Positions 36,901 to 48,747 of a DNA stretch of 64,000 nucleotides are shown one piece after another. Position 1 is the first letter of the stretch. Each line of letters begins with the position of its first letter. The position numbers and the translations under genes were made by a program. This stretch comes from Enoplolaimus lenunculus (taxonomy: Eukaryota), in NCBI GenBank assembly GCA_030248215.1, contig JASANG010001107.1:744001-808000 (forward strand), given 5' to 3'. The notes under the pieces were generated by a model. It saw nothing but the letters and a program-made list of their open reading frames with translations, was not told where the DNA came from and did no database searches.

Positions 36901-38108
36901 AGAGGTGCTCGCGGCCCTCGTGGGTAAGCTTTATTAGCATTTGATGCGTTCTGTTCAAGTTCAAGACCCTACTCCCATCAGTGTTTCTATGGACGAAAAC
37001 ATGTTCACAAAATTCTGCTTAAAATTGATCTTAATACTTGCAGCCGCCTGTACCTGTGTAATTGCAGGTTGCAAAATCCATTTTGTTTGTCATGTTGCAT
37101 CGGTCGGTGTGTTTTTTAAACAAACAGTATATATAGCATTTATTTTTAATATATTTTATACTATGTCTGGAAATAATATTGTTTAAGTGGTGGTGGCCGT
37201 GGTCGCGGACGAGGATCATCGAGCGGTGGCATGTTCGATTCTGCATCAGCGGGGATGATGTTTGGTGGTTTTGACCCTTATGCAAGTTTTACACATTGCT
37301 TATGGATTTTTTTGCAACAGTGTCAAGCACCTTTATTTCAAAAGGTCATAGCATGTGTTCATTTGAAATGCGGCTGGTATCAACTTCTATAGAAAAATAA
37401 ATTTAAAAATTTTAAGAGCGCTTTTGTGGACAATTTACATGTGCACATTCAAAAATTGTCCTAACAGTTGCCACTAGTATGCGGTATTTTGTTAGAATAT
37501 TAGAATTCGTTACAGGGTGCTGGTGGCGGAGACAATGGTTTTGCGGAAGAATCACTAGGGGCAGGTTTTGCAGGTAAGTACATTTTTCTACATCTGTGCG
37601 TTGATGAAATATAGTATAACTTATCATGAATCATTTAATCAAAAATAAAGAACAATGGTTGGGTTTTAAAGCCCTACTTAAATATAACTTTATATTTAGG
37701 TATTTGCTAAGCAATTACTTAACCAGTTATTGTTTGTAAAATCGTACGACCTTAAGTAATTATTTAAGACAAAGACAACAGTTCTGGAATAGTGACCATG
37801 TTCTAATTGAGGTTTTAGGCCCAAGGCAAGTCCATAATACAGCAAAGCGGGAACTGAGGGTGTTTGTGGTGTCAGCTGACGCTGCTAGAAATAAATAGGG
37901 GTGTAGCAGACACCCTTAAAATCACACTATAACTAAACCTTAGTCTTAGAATGATATTTTTACCAAAAATGTATAGATTTTATATGTTTCTTTAGGATTC
38001 GGCGGTGGTGGTAAAGCGCCTCGTGGTACCGGTGGCCGTGGAATGCGAGGAATGGGAGGCCGCGGTGCTCGACGTCCAGGACGTCGGGGTGGAGGTCGGC
38101 CGTATTAA
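27972..38108 (+). CDS. STAR-family KH-domain RNA-binding protein (KHDRBS/Sam68-like) with RGG-rich tail
   Basis: Phase-consistent exons: 27972-28056 (Qua1-like IQAELSVLDPMQF), 30012-30127 (KILIPVHRAPR), 35127-35243 (FNFVGKLLGPGG...GRGS), 36337-36483 (SGDPQYSHFNECLHV), 36841-36923, 37188-37281, 37516-37573, 37996-38108 (RG/RGG repeats, ends RRGGGRPY*). The start codon is uncertain; possible upstream exons near 26250-26423. Confidence 0.88.
28917..29486. mobile_element. hAT-type MITE (CAGGG..GGGCGGTCTCGGT TIR family), nested among other MITE fragments
   Basis: TIR GGGCGGTCTCGGT / ACCGAGACCGCCC; TSD CTGGCGCT/CTGGCGAT; related ends at 28320 and ~44325. Confidence 0.8.
30308..30617. mobile_element. 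hAT-type MITE
   Basis: TIRs; perfect TSD GTGGGGAG; its right end is the start of the triplicated unit. Confidence 0.92.
30885..30954 (+). ncRNA. Box C/D snoRNA candidate, type A, copy 1
   Basis: CCTC/GAGG terminal stem, box C ATGATGA 30890-30896, box D CTGA 30947-30950, guide CGTTCAAGGAAAATAAT (one substitution relative to copies 2 and 3); intronic, host sense strand. Confidence 0.7.
31330..31393 (+). ncRNA. Box C/D snoRNA candidate, type B, copy 1
   Basis: Box C 31335-31341, internal D' CTGA and C'-like ATGATT, guide TTCAAGGGAAATAAT, box D 31386-31389 followed by GAGG. Confidence 0.7.
31783..32160. mobile_element. hAT-type MITE, recent insertion
   Basis: Perfect TIRs and TSD GCTACGAC; absent from the equivalent site in units 2 and 3; inverted close relative of 30308-30617. 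Confidence 0.96.
32634..32703 (+). ncRNA. Box C/D snoRNA candidate, type A, copy 2
   Basis: CCTC-T-ATGATGA...CGTTCAAGGGAAATAAT-CTGA-GAGG. Confidence 0.72.
33079..33142 (+). ncRNA. Box C/D snoRNA candidate, type B, copy 2
   Basis: Intact CCTC/GAGG stem, box C 33084-33090, box D 33135-33138, same guide. Confidence 0.72.
33995..34064 (+). ncRNA. Box C/D snoRNA candidate, type A, copy 3
   Basis: Box C 34000-34006, box D 34057-34060, CCTC/GAGG stem, same guide. Confidence 0.72.
34440..34503 (+). ncRNA. Box C/D snoRNA candidate, type B, copy 3
   Basis: Box C 34445-34451, box D 34496-34499, same guide. Confidence 0.7.
35515..36318 (+). mobile_element. Helentron-associated (DINE-1/HINE-like) non-autonomous element
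   Basis: Subterminal IRs TTATTGAGCGAAGC / GCTTCGCTCAATAA, (GTCC/GTCT)n microsatellite, three internal ~180-bp repeats, 3' stem-loop GTAGT-CCC-ACTAC, CTGG end followed by a T run. Confidence 0.8.
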
Positions 38109-41100
38109 TGCGTCATTAGTATCTAACCGACGATTGCATTTGAGTAAAAGTGAATCTGATCGTTCAACAACTGACCGTGTAGTCGAATTTGTACAGGTAA
38201 GCAAAGCATTGGACTTTTTTATGCTTATTGCCAGCGTATCCCGCCAAACTTATCAAATAAACTGTAAAAATATTGATTCGAGTTTCCCGGAGCCAGGTTG
38301 TTCAAACGTTCAACCGGCGTGCGAAAAAAACTCGATTAATTATAAGTCTTGGCAGATTTTATGCTCAGGTTAATATATACCCTCAGGGCTTTACAGATTC
38401 AAACTTTGTTGAATTTTTAACGTGGAAAATTCATCTAAATGTGATAACAAGGTAATATGGTTACGTAGCAAAATATTGATTTGTTTGCATCTTAACCATG
38501 CTGATTTTTACTTTTTGCAGGCAAATATATCATTCGTTCGTAAAAGTTGCTCTCCACACAATGTTTTTCAAAATTATATTCTCCGACTTGGTCAAGAACT
38601 CCGTAGCTTGTGTGCAATATTGCCACAGTATTATGGAGAGTAAAAATTTGTATCGCGCTTAACGTTTATGGGACGTTCGACAAATTACAGAACTTTGGGC
38701 GTCACTCTGTGAAGATGTGACTAAAATTTGTTGTTAAAAATTTCTTCGCCGAAAACGCAGATTATGGAGTTTCTAAGCAGCTATGATAGCAAATTTCAAA
38801 TATTGCAGAAATCGTTTGGTTAAATTTGCTTAGATTATCGAAACATTTGTTCCGGTTTAACGAGACAGCTAGTGTAGCAAAATTTGGATTACACAACTTT
38901 AGTTTGTAACTAACTCAGATTTTTGTGATAGTGAATCTATAAAAGTTTTAAATTGGTGGGTCGCAGAAATTAATCATATTATGCTTGAGTGTTTTAAAAA
39001 GCAATTTTGTTATATTGTGATGTTTAATTGCATTTTTTAAAAATTTCCTGCTCTTAACATTTGTTGCTAGCGTTTTAATTGTACTAAGATTTTATAGGGT
39101 TAGATGTATTTTGCTTATTTGCGAAAGAAACAGTAATTCTTTTAAAATTCGTTTTTAAATATTGGTCCTGTTACTGAAATGCTCTGACTCCCTGCAAAAA
39201 TTGTGCTGTATTCAGGGTACAAAAACATGTCAAAGTTTACGTTTACAGCAAAATTTTTATAACAAAACTAATAAAGAAGCTGCGAAAAATGACTTACGTT
39301 ATCCGAAACCGGACAGGAACGTAGACACGATTATGTTTACGGCTGACACGTGGGTATAGCCTGTAGCGGTGAGAGCTTGGCAAAAGTATTATTTGAAATT
39401 TATATTCGTTTGACCTGTCTTTTATGCATTTAATGCGTTGATGTGTTATTAAATCAATTAAATCCTGTAACATATATAGTGCTTATCTTTTCTGTGGTGA
39501 AACTACAGTGTACTGTTTAAAGATACCCTGTCAACAATAAAACAATTAGCATATTATATGAAGCTTTCGACTAGGATTAAATTATAGAATGATAATTTCG
39601 GTCGTTGTTCATGGGTTTAAATTAAATACGTAACGAAAATGTATGAACTGCACAAAATAGGCCTACATAAGCAAACTATATTAACTGTGCAAAATTTGCA
39701 TTATCTGTAATCGCGGAAAATTGTGCAAAATCTATTTTATTTTTGCATTGTGATGAATTGCGCAAACTTGAGTTTATTGTAAATTTGTGATTAAATGCGC
39801 AACGTCGTACCGTCAACAATTTGTAAAATGTTTAAAAGAAACTTCAAGTGAGAAAGAAAAAGAAATTTTGTACATTTGATCGTTTGAATAGAAAAATTCG
39901 GTTCTGGCATTTAAAATCCAGAACTTTGCTCAATTCAAACATTTTGCGGATGCAGTAACGTTTTCAGATTTGTTCATGACGTTTTCTTCTTTAAGAATAT
40001 TGCTGATCTCAGCTCTAGCGTACCCACATACGTATTGTATCAATGTTTTGTTTGATAATACACTGTTATTGAGTGAATAAAATTTGACTTAAAACGGCCA
40101 GCTCTGCATTGCTGGAATCCGTGGTGATATCATTCCTAAGCAAATGCCGTTTTGCCGAGTAGTCGGTTCCAAAGATTTAAGCACTTAATTTTGGCTTTGT
40201 TTTAGTATTATTTTGATTATCTTAGCTGTTGACTTGGAACACAGTGGTCGTGCGGTGATATGTTTCAACGACGCGTGATGCTCACGATACTTTAGGCAGA
40301 AGAAAGTGAAGTATCCTGTTCCCGTATGTCCGAGTTGAAATGTATTTACCTAATATAGTTGGTGACAGCGAAACGTTGTGTACGTATGTCATGTTGGAAA
40401 ATCCTTCGCTGTAGTACGTGCTGCGAGTTAAAATATTCAGACGTCGCTATAGAATATCTTCTGTGGTATTGGTGTGTCGTGAAATTAAAAATTTGCTCGT
40501 TTATGAATGGAGCGTTTGTCAATTTAGCTTTAAGATATGATGAGCATATCATCAACTGGTGCAAATACCGGGGCGGCAGTGTAGCCGAGTGTGTAATCGG
40601 ATAGTAATGAACGGAAATTGATCGTGATCAGTATAACGGAAACGAGAAGCAGATATTGAAGAATAAGAGTTTCACAAGTTGGTTTTTCTGTCAACATAAT
40701 TGAATCATTGTAAATTTCAAAGAATTTTCTAAGATTGGTTGAATTTAGGCAATATTGCGTATAGAATCATGCAATGAAATCTCGTATGCATATGGAATCG
40801 TGCTGCATATCTGTAATGAAATCTTATAGTTAAGCGTACATTACACAAACTACTGTTTGAGTCCCAGTCAATAGGAGACAGTATCTCTAATAAGAGTCCG
40901 TAGGTGGATAGAGTCTCGAAACTAATCAGAGTCCATAAATGTCGATTATCCCTATTTTCGTTTCTTAAGCACTTTGCAATTCTGAAAATCGGTATTTATT
41001 ATGCCACACACAAAAGTATTTCTGAATTTATCCAGCAAAGTGTTTTCTGTGTCAAATCTGAAGTTTTGCTGATATTTAAGACAATTTTTCTAAAAAACTG

Positions 41101-41205
41101 AAAAACGTTTTCTGTTATAACAGAAATACTTTTCAAGTGCACCTTGCTAATCATATTTCTCAAATGTAAGAATTTTTTTAAATAGAAATTGTTTTGAGTG
41201 CAGTA

Positions 41206-41499
41206 CTGTAGTGACCTGAATAAGAGGGGGTGCCCATTTCAAGTCCCAATCAATAGGAGTCGGTAACCGTAATAAGAGTCCGTATTAAGCACATAGAGTC
41301 CCTAAACCCTAATTAGAGTCCATAAATGTCAATTATTTCTAATTGTAGCGCATAAATGAATCCAGGACCAAATATATATCAGTAACGAAGGGCGGCGGAG
41401 GGCGGGTTAAAAATAAATAACAGTCGGTAACCGAATAACAGGGGGTCCCTTTGGAGAGGCCAAATAAATATCAACCCCCTCTTATTTGGGTCACTACAG
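41206..41499. mobile_element. TA-flanked MITE (CTGTAGTGACCCGAATAAGAGGG TIR; Tc1/mariner-type by TSD)
   Basis: TIRs at both ends; internal sequence shared with other copies. Confidence 0.85.
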
Positions 41500-43507
41500 T
41501 TGTAAATTAAATGCGCTAAACCAGTCATCAAACTCTAACGTTCCTATAGATTTTCCATATGTTGTATAAAAATGATTGAATCCATAAGTTTTCCGATATT
41601 TTAGGTATTGGAAATTTTTTATTTCAGGATTTTGGCATTTAAATTGCGTTAAAAATAAACTTCGGTAACTAGTATGTTTACTTTGCGTCTTCGGATTCGG
41701 TATTTATTAACTTTCCGGTTCCGGTATTTATAATTCCGGTTACACTCTGACTTCAATATCCGTTTTCTGTTTCCGTTATTTAGATCACTATCCGTTTCCG
41801 TTAATTTTACTATCCGTTTACACCCTGGTGACGTTAGATAAAATTTCATTAGATAGAATCTATGTTGCAGTGGTTTAACTCTGACGGAGACAAACCAAAT
41901 CAACTTAATCTCAGGTGGCCAACGCAAGTCTTTACTAGTCAATAACAATCTTCAAAACAGAATACTCAGCACTAAAGACGTAGTTGCATAACAAATATCT
42001 TTTTATAGAATTGTAAAGTTTGTGGGTCAGGGTACTTCCTTCAGAGTAACAAGTTAAAACAAGTGTTTAAAAACAAAAATTGACGTTCGGAAACCCAGAA
42101 AAACACAATTATGCTACGAATCAAATTCCAGCGACTGGAGTGAAAGTCGGTTACCATCACCACTCAGTTGGAGGGCCAATGTTACTTTAAAGGCCGTCCC
42201 ATTTTCCCGCGACAGCAATGTACGAAGAGTACATTCAAAAAATATAATTGGGACAGATGGGACACTTGGAACAGATGGGACAGATATATAATATATATAT
42301 TTATGTACATATATATCCTACGTAAATATATCTGTCTGTTCATATGTAAACAGGAGCGCATAAGTGTGTACTCCGGGTATATTTGTGTCCCAGGAAATTG
42401 GGACGGCCTTTATAGTGTGCCAGTTGTAGGATTTTTCAGCCGAGTGTTCATAGTGATTTCAAAAAATTTTAAAAAGAATAGCAGTTCCACCAAAATTAAA
42501 ATATATACTTAAGTGTAACCTTGTATTATCACTCAAGCTATTGACACAAGACAAATAAACGTTTAATTCAACGGATAATTGCAGTAACGGATATATCAGT
42601 AACGAAGGGCGGCGGAGCGTGGGTTTAAAATAAATAACAGTCCGTAACCGAATAACAAGTAGGGTTCCCCTTGGAGAGGCCAAATAAATATCAGTCCCCC
42701 CTCTTATTCGGGTCACTACAGTACGTAATTTATTACTAATTTTGAACATAGAAAAGACGGAATTTGCGGTATTTCTATAACGGAAACGCACACAATTTTT
42801 TACAGGAAGCGGATATCTGGCTACAGCCTGTTTGTTGTGATTTAATACCTACATATAAGTACATGTTGCAATTGTAGACGCTGTGCACTATATATGACGA
42901 AATGTGTTGGTATGCAGCTGCTGTAAGCTATGGTTATTAAATTTTATAACTTTAGGTTTTCGGGTTTTTTCAGAGACCACGTGGTCGCCATGTAGACTGC
43001 CCAAATAATAGGAAACAGGGTTATAGGAACCGACGATCGGACCAGTTCTTCCATAACCGGTGTTATCCTGTGGGCTCCGATTTTGATTTATGAATGTTAA
43101 CGTTGAAGCTGGTCGAACTAGTTACTAAATAAGGCGGAATTAAGGTTTCATACAAAATGGTTAAACAGGAGAGAAACAAAACAAGTAAACCATAAACACA
43201 AAACATTACAATTCCAGAACTACTAATACTAAATTGAATTGAAATCCAATTTAAATTCAAGTTAAATTATACACGAAGACTATAAATTCTCTCAAGGAAA
43301 ACGGATGAAATAGCAGGAAAAAGATAAAATATTATAGCCGACAGTACTTTAGCTGAACCACAAAACTGATAAAAGAAGGACTTAAATAAACTTTCAATAC
43401 CTCGATTTTCCGGTTTTAATATACAAATTTTGACATCTGCATAATTTTCTCTTAATTTCAATTTGCGTCATATTTAAAGTTCTTGAAACGTTTAGAAAAT
43501 ACGAATA

Positions 43508-43926
43508 CTGTAGTGACCCGAATAAGAGGGGAGGGACTGATATTTATTTGGCCTCTCCAGAGGGTACCCCCTTGTTATTCGGTTACGGACTATTTTTTAA
43601 CCCACGCTCCGCTACCCTTCGTTACTGATATATATCCGGTACTGTAACTATCCGTTGAATTAAACGTTTATTTGTCTTGCGTCAATAGCTTGAGCGATCA
43701 TGCACGGTTATACTTAGGAATGTACTTCCAAAATTTAAGTTCGCTTTAAAGATTCGAACTCATATGCACTACAATTAGGAATAACTGACCTTCATGGACT
43801 CTAATTAGGATTTGGGACTCTATCCGCTTACGGACTCTTATTAGGGATACGGACGTCAATTGATTGAGACTCAAAATGTGGACCTCCCTCTTATTACCCC
43901 GCACCCTCTTATTCGGGTCACTACAG
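43508..43926. mobile_element. TA-flanked MITE, same family
   Basis: Perfect TIRs, TA on both sides; a partial copy also at ~42505-42721. Confidence 0.9.
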
Positions 43927-44834
43927 TACTGGCTTTGTTTATTGTACTAATTCACCGCTGTCACTGCGCCAAACGACCGACCGGCGGAGGAAGCATCGAC
44001 AATCATCACTCAGCAGCTGTTCCACGTCTTACGCAGGGATGAGAGTTTTGGCAGGTCTCGGTTTTTGGGTATCGGTGGTTTGGAACTCAGAGCAGAAGTC
44101 GAGGATTCAGCAAATCTATCACTGGATCTTGAAGTATATAAATAATGGCTGATGATGAATCAAATTTACCAGTGAAACTATGCAATTTCAACTACGCCAT
44201 TTCTTACAAGCAGATATTTTGAAAAAAAACACAAAAACTATGGAAAACACAAAGATACTATAAAATTTTGAATTTTTTGGTGATGACCAAAAATTGACCG
44301 TGACATGTCTGGGACTGGTGTTTAACCGAGACCGCCCATCCCTAATTTTGAGGTACGTCAAATACATACGAAAAACCGAATACTGCATAATTTCTCAAAA
44401 ATATGTAACAATTTTCAAAAATCAGTAACTTGGCGATTTACGAAACGTAAAAATAAGCAAAAAAACCAATAAGTTTCGAACATAATACAATACAAGCGCT
44501 TTCAAAATAAAGCTGCGTTAAAAAAACTGACAAGTTTCGAATAAAACACAACAGAAATGCTTTCCACCCACTCCTTATTAATAACAAGACGTTCAATGAT
44601 GGCATTACTTGGTATATAGAAAGGCAAAATCTTGACTTAAGCAATGTTGCCATCCCATTGATATACGCTTTGGCCAAGCGGTCTTTCATCTATGTTATAA
44701 ATAACACAAGCAGAAAAAGCTGTTACTGTTCAACAAACTGACAAGCATCAGCTGCATAATTTTAGAAACTAAACAAAACGCTTAGATACACCTAAACCCA
44801 CATTTATTATATACAATTATTACAACTAATCATA

Positions 44835-45273
44835 TCACACCGGAGGGGGACCACCAGGATAAGAAATAACACTTGAAGTCGTTAACAAACTTGTCAGACC
44901 AATAAACATGCTAGACTCCGTATCACTATTTGATTCGAAAGGCCGTTGTGCTGAATGCGTTTTGTATACGCAGTAATTAAATAACGCTAACGCGAACCAT
45001 ACCAATAAAAACGTTAACACAAGCAATCGCACGATTGAGTAGATTCTATTTGGCACTCTGAAATAGTGTTAAACATTATAGCTTCCAGAAGTGAACCCAT
45101 TTTAGCAAAACGATTTTAATAACCTAGCCAACTGTTGCTGTGTCAATAACCAGATAACAGCTTTACAAACATCAAGAACAAACTTACAGCTTCGGTTTAT
45201 AAATCTGATAAAATCCTGGAAGATCTCGACCGTTAACGAAAGTAGCAAAAACACAATATCTGAAGTTCATCAT
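44835..45273 (-). CDS. Putative two-exon ~102-aa single-pass membrane protein, unknown function
   Basis: ATG at 45273; exon 45188-45273 ends in a GTAAGT donor; acceptor TTTCAG opens exon 44835-45057 in the correct phase; encodes IVRLLVLTFLLVWFALALFNYCVY. No recognised homology. Confidence 0.35.
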
Positions 45274-46191
45274 TACAAATTTTAACTGTTCTAATAATGA
45301 GCAGCCTATCTGCTGTGCGCCTATCTTACTTAGGGTCCCGCGAAATTCTGGAGGGTTCCCAGGAGCGGCATCTCCGTGATAGGAAGGTTAAGAGTGTTCA
45401 TACCACAATATTTTACGACTTTGGAGGAGGCGGTAAACTAATACTTGTTTAGATTTTGCAAACCGGTTGCAATCTGTTTTCAGAATTCCAGACGCATAAG
45501 TTTATGTTCATAGAACCTGACGTTCCACATGCGTAAGGTATTTAGCACACAACAGGGTTCCAGCCGAAACACAAATTGGCCGGAATCGACAATTTTTAAA
45601 ACGTATGCGTCAAGATGGAGACTGATTTTATTTTGCCTCCCAACAGGATTCTAATCTGTTATTCGGTTACGGACTGTTATTTTTAATTTACCTCAATGCG
45701 TAAACCCAATATGGCCAATGTGTAAAACTACTCTATTGTAGCCCCACGGAAAAACGATTTGCCCCGGATGTTTACATGGCCCCGGCAAAAATCCCGTTAT
45801 TTTTATGCTCGATATTAATAGTTAGAACTCATGCACATATCGCACAATTTTTATTACAGATAACCTGCATCACTACCGGTTTTTGTTTTCGTAATATTAA
45901 CTATCTATTTATACCCTGTTCGAAACTCTTTTCTATATTATTTCTTTTGGGCAAATCTGATTTAACTCGAAACTATTTTTGTTGATAGTTTTGTCCATTT
46001 ATCTTTTTTCTCGATTTACCTAATATAAAGTTGACGGAAACACTCGGCAGGAATCGAAACTGTCATTTTGCTGAAATTTCAACCAGAATAGAGCCCAAGA
46101 TATTAAGTCAGAATGCGACATTTATTTTACATATTATATAACAAGCATTCAATATGGGCAGAATAGTTATTCGCTGTTGTTGCCTGCCGTA

Positions 46192-46515
46192 CTGTACTTA
46201 CCCGAATAGAGGGGGAGGGGTAATAACAGGGGGTCCCAATTTGAGCCCCCATAAACATGGAGTTCGTATCCATAATAAGAGTCCGTAAGCGGATAGAGCC
46301 CCTAAACCCTAAATAGAGTCCATAAATGTCAAATAACCCAAATAATTCGAGTTTGAAACTTTAAAGCATACTTAAGTTTCAATACCGTATATATATCAGT
46401 AACGAAGGGCGGCGGAGGGCGGGCTAAAAATAAATAACAGTGCGGACACAGGGGGTACCCTCTGGAGAGGCGAAATAAATATCAGTTCCTCCCCCTCTTA
46501 TTCGGGTCACTACAG
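46192..46515. mobile_element. TA-flanked MITE, same family
   Basis: TIRs and TA flanks. Confidence 0.85.
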
Positions 46516-47129
46516 TACGCAGACGCATAGGACCCCGTTAGGACTGACTTAGGCGTCGTTCATCCAATCAAATCTGACGAAGTTTATGGCTCGGACTAGC
46601 TTTAATGGAATCTGCTACGTGTTGACAACATAAATACAATTTTTCGATTAGCGGCCTTGTGCATCAGGAGCATGATTAGGCACCACTAGCTAAAAACGCT
46701 GTATACTACATTCGCGAAGCCCGTTCCTCAAAACCAAAGGAATACAAATAAAAAAACACAATCGATGTGCTAAATCACATCATTGGATTAAGACAAACAT
46801 TGCAAAGCGTATTCCGTGTTAAAAAGTGCATCAATACGTACCAAAATTTAGTTCTAGGTTTCTCTGTAGCGAGGACATTTATAACTGTGTAACTATTTGT
46901 GGATGCTGCAGTTAATAATTTGCGACGGTTTATAAACGCTTTTGAGTCAGTGATTCCTAAATACACTGTCAGTTCCGTAGCTACCAATGCCCACGCCGTA
47001 GGGGGGGTCTCAAATCCAGGGTGGAAAGCGGAACAGGGAATCGAAACAGCAAATTTATACCGGAATCGCAATCGGAACTACTAATTTTGCAACTATATAT
47101 ACGGACAATTTGTGTTACAAATATAATTA

Positions 47130-47556
47130 CTATAGTGACCCGAATAAGAGGGGGGCTGATATATATTTGGCCTCTCCAGAGGGTACCCCCTTTGTTATTC
47201 GGTTACGGACTGTTATTTATTTTTAACCCACGCTCCGCCGCCCTTCGTTACTGGTATATATCCGGTACTGCAATTATCCGTTCAATTAAACGTTTATTTG
47301 TCTTGTGTCAATAGCTTGAGCGATAATACAAGGTTATATATACTTAGGAATGTACTTTCAAAATTTAAGTACGCTTTAAAGTTTCGAACTCAAATTATTT
47401 GATGGAGTCAGTTATGTGCTCCAATAGGGTCAATTGACATTTATGGACTCTAATTAGGGTTTAGGGACTCTATCCGCTTACGGACTCTTATTAGGGATAC
47501 GGACTCCAATTGATTCGGACTCAAACTGGGACCCCCTCTTATTCGGGTCAATACAG
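47130..47556. mobile_element. TA-flanked MITE, same family, nested in a hAT MITE
   Basis: TIRs and TA flanks; flanking DNA on both sides matches 22592-23005. Confidence 0.88.
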
Positions 47557-47723
47557 TAATATTAATTTAAGGTGTCTGTTGGCTGGCAACAATTTTCAAA
47601 AAATGAGCATAAGCAAATTGGCGATGATTCTTTGGTTCTGTCAAGCTACTACAATCAATTATTGTTATTTTCAAAATAAATGATACAGAATTTTAATGAA
47701 ACATATCACAACAAGTAGGATAA

Positions 47724-48587
47724 AAACTAGAAAAAATTGCTCAGCACTTGAGCAACATGGGATATGCTTCATATTCCTATTAAAAGGATAGTAACTAGAA
47801 CAGCACATTCGTTCGATATAACCTGGAAAAATATTAAGAAACAATGGCGTCCAAAATCATGTTGACTATTAATTCTTCTGAAACATATTGCGGAGAGCAA
47901 ATCTATTTTTATGTTGAAAGTTTTTGGCGGATTTATTAGGCATTTTAAGAAATTTCTTAGATAATGGATAGGGTTACAGAGACATGGCTGAAGTATAATG
48001 ATCTTGCTTTTGCCAGATTAATCGATGCTGCCAGAATACGGTGAGAATTTTGATCCTCTAGTCGTGGCTATGCAGTGAAACAAATAACTTAGCAGGGAAA
48101 TGCGCATTTATAGATTTCTACCTGTAAACTTGTTTGTTTGTCACTAGGGTTAAAAGGCGGGTAAAGTCAAGAGTCGTTTTTAAAGCATCAATTGTGAGTC
48201 ATTTTGTGACGCCTTGTTTAATAAAGTATCTAACAAAATTGGTCATCAGTACTCTAACTCCCCAATTATGTCGCCATACAGTGTTCTTGTGGAAATCAAT
48301 TAACTATGTTAATAGAGAGCCCAAGGTGAGTTTAGTACGTTCATGTAGAAAACTTCAATACACATTTAAAGCAAAACATTTGTTTCTTACAAAAGAAAAT
48401 TACAAACATTTTGCTATCCGCAATATGTTTCAGAAGAATTAATAGTCAACATGATTTTGGACGCCATTGTTTCTTAATATTTTTCCAGGTTACATCGAAC
48501 GAATGTGCTGTTCTAGTTACTATCCTTTTAATAGGAATATGAAGCATATCCCATGCTGCTCAAGTGCTGAGCAATTTTTTCTAGTTT
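47724..48587. mobile_element. Element with ~175-bp near-perfect inverted arms ending in hairpin-CTAG
   Basis: 47724-47900 is the reverse complement of 48411-48587 with about three mismatches. Confidence 0.85.
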
Positions 48588-48747
48588 CAACCGCTTTACC
48601 AAGCTGCTGATTAATCCATCAATCTGAACTATGAAAAATGAGAAGACTGATTAAACTAAATGCGTAGTTTCAAAAAATCGTTTGCATGACAGAAACTTTT
48701 ATCCTGACAACAAGCGCCTAACCAACGTATTTGTATAAAACCAAGCA

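Noticed and set aside
38005..38373. 122-aa ORF over the last KH exon
   Set aside because: Alternative frame of the RGG exon; splice phase supports the frame ending RPY*.
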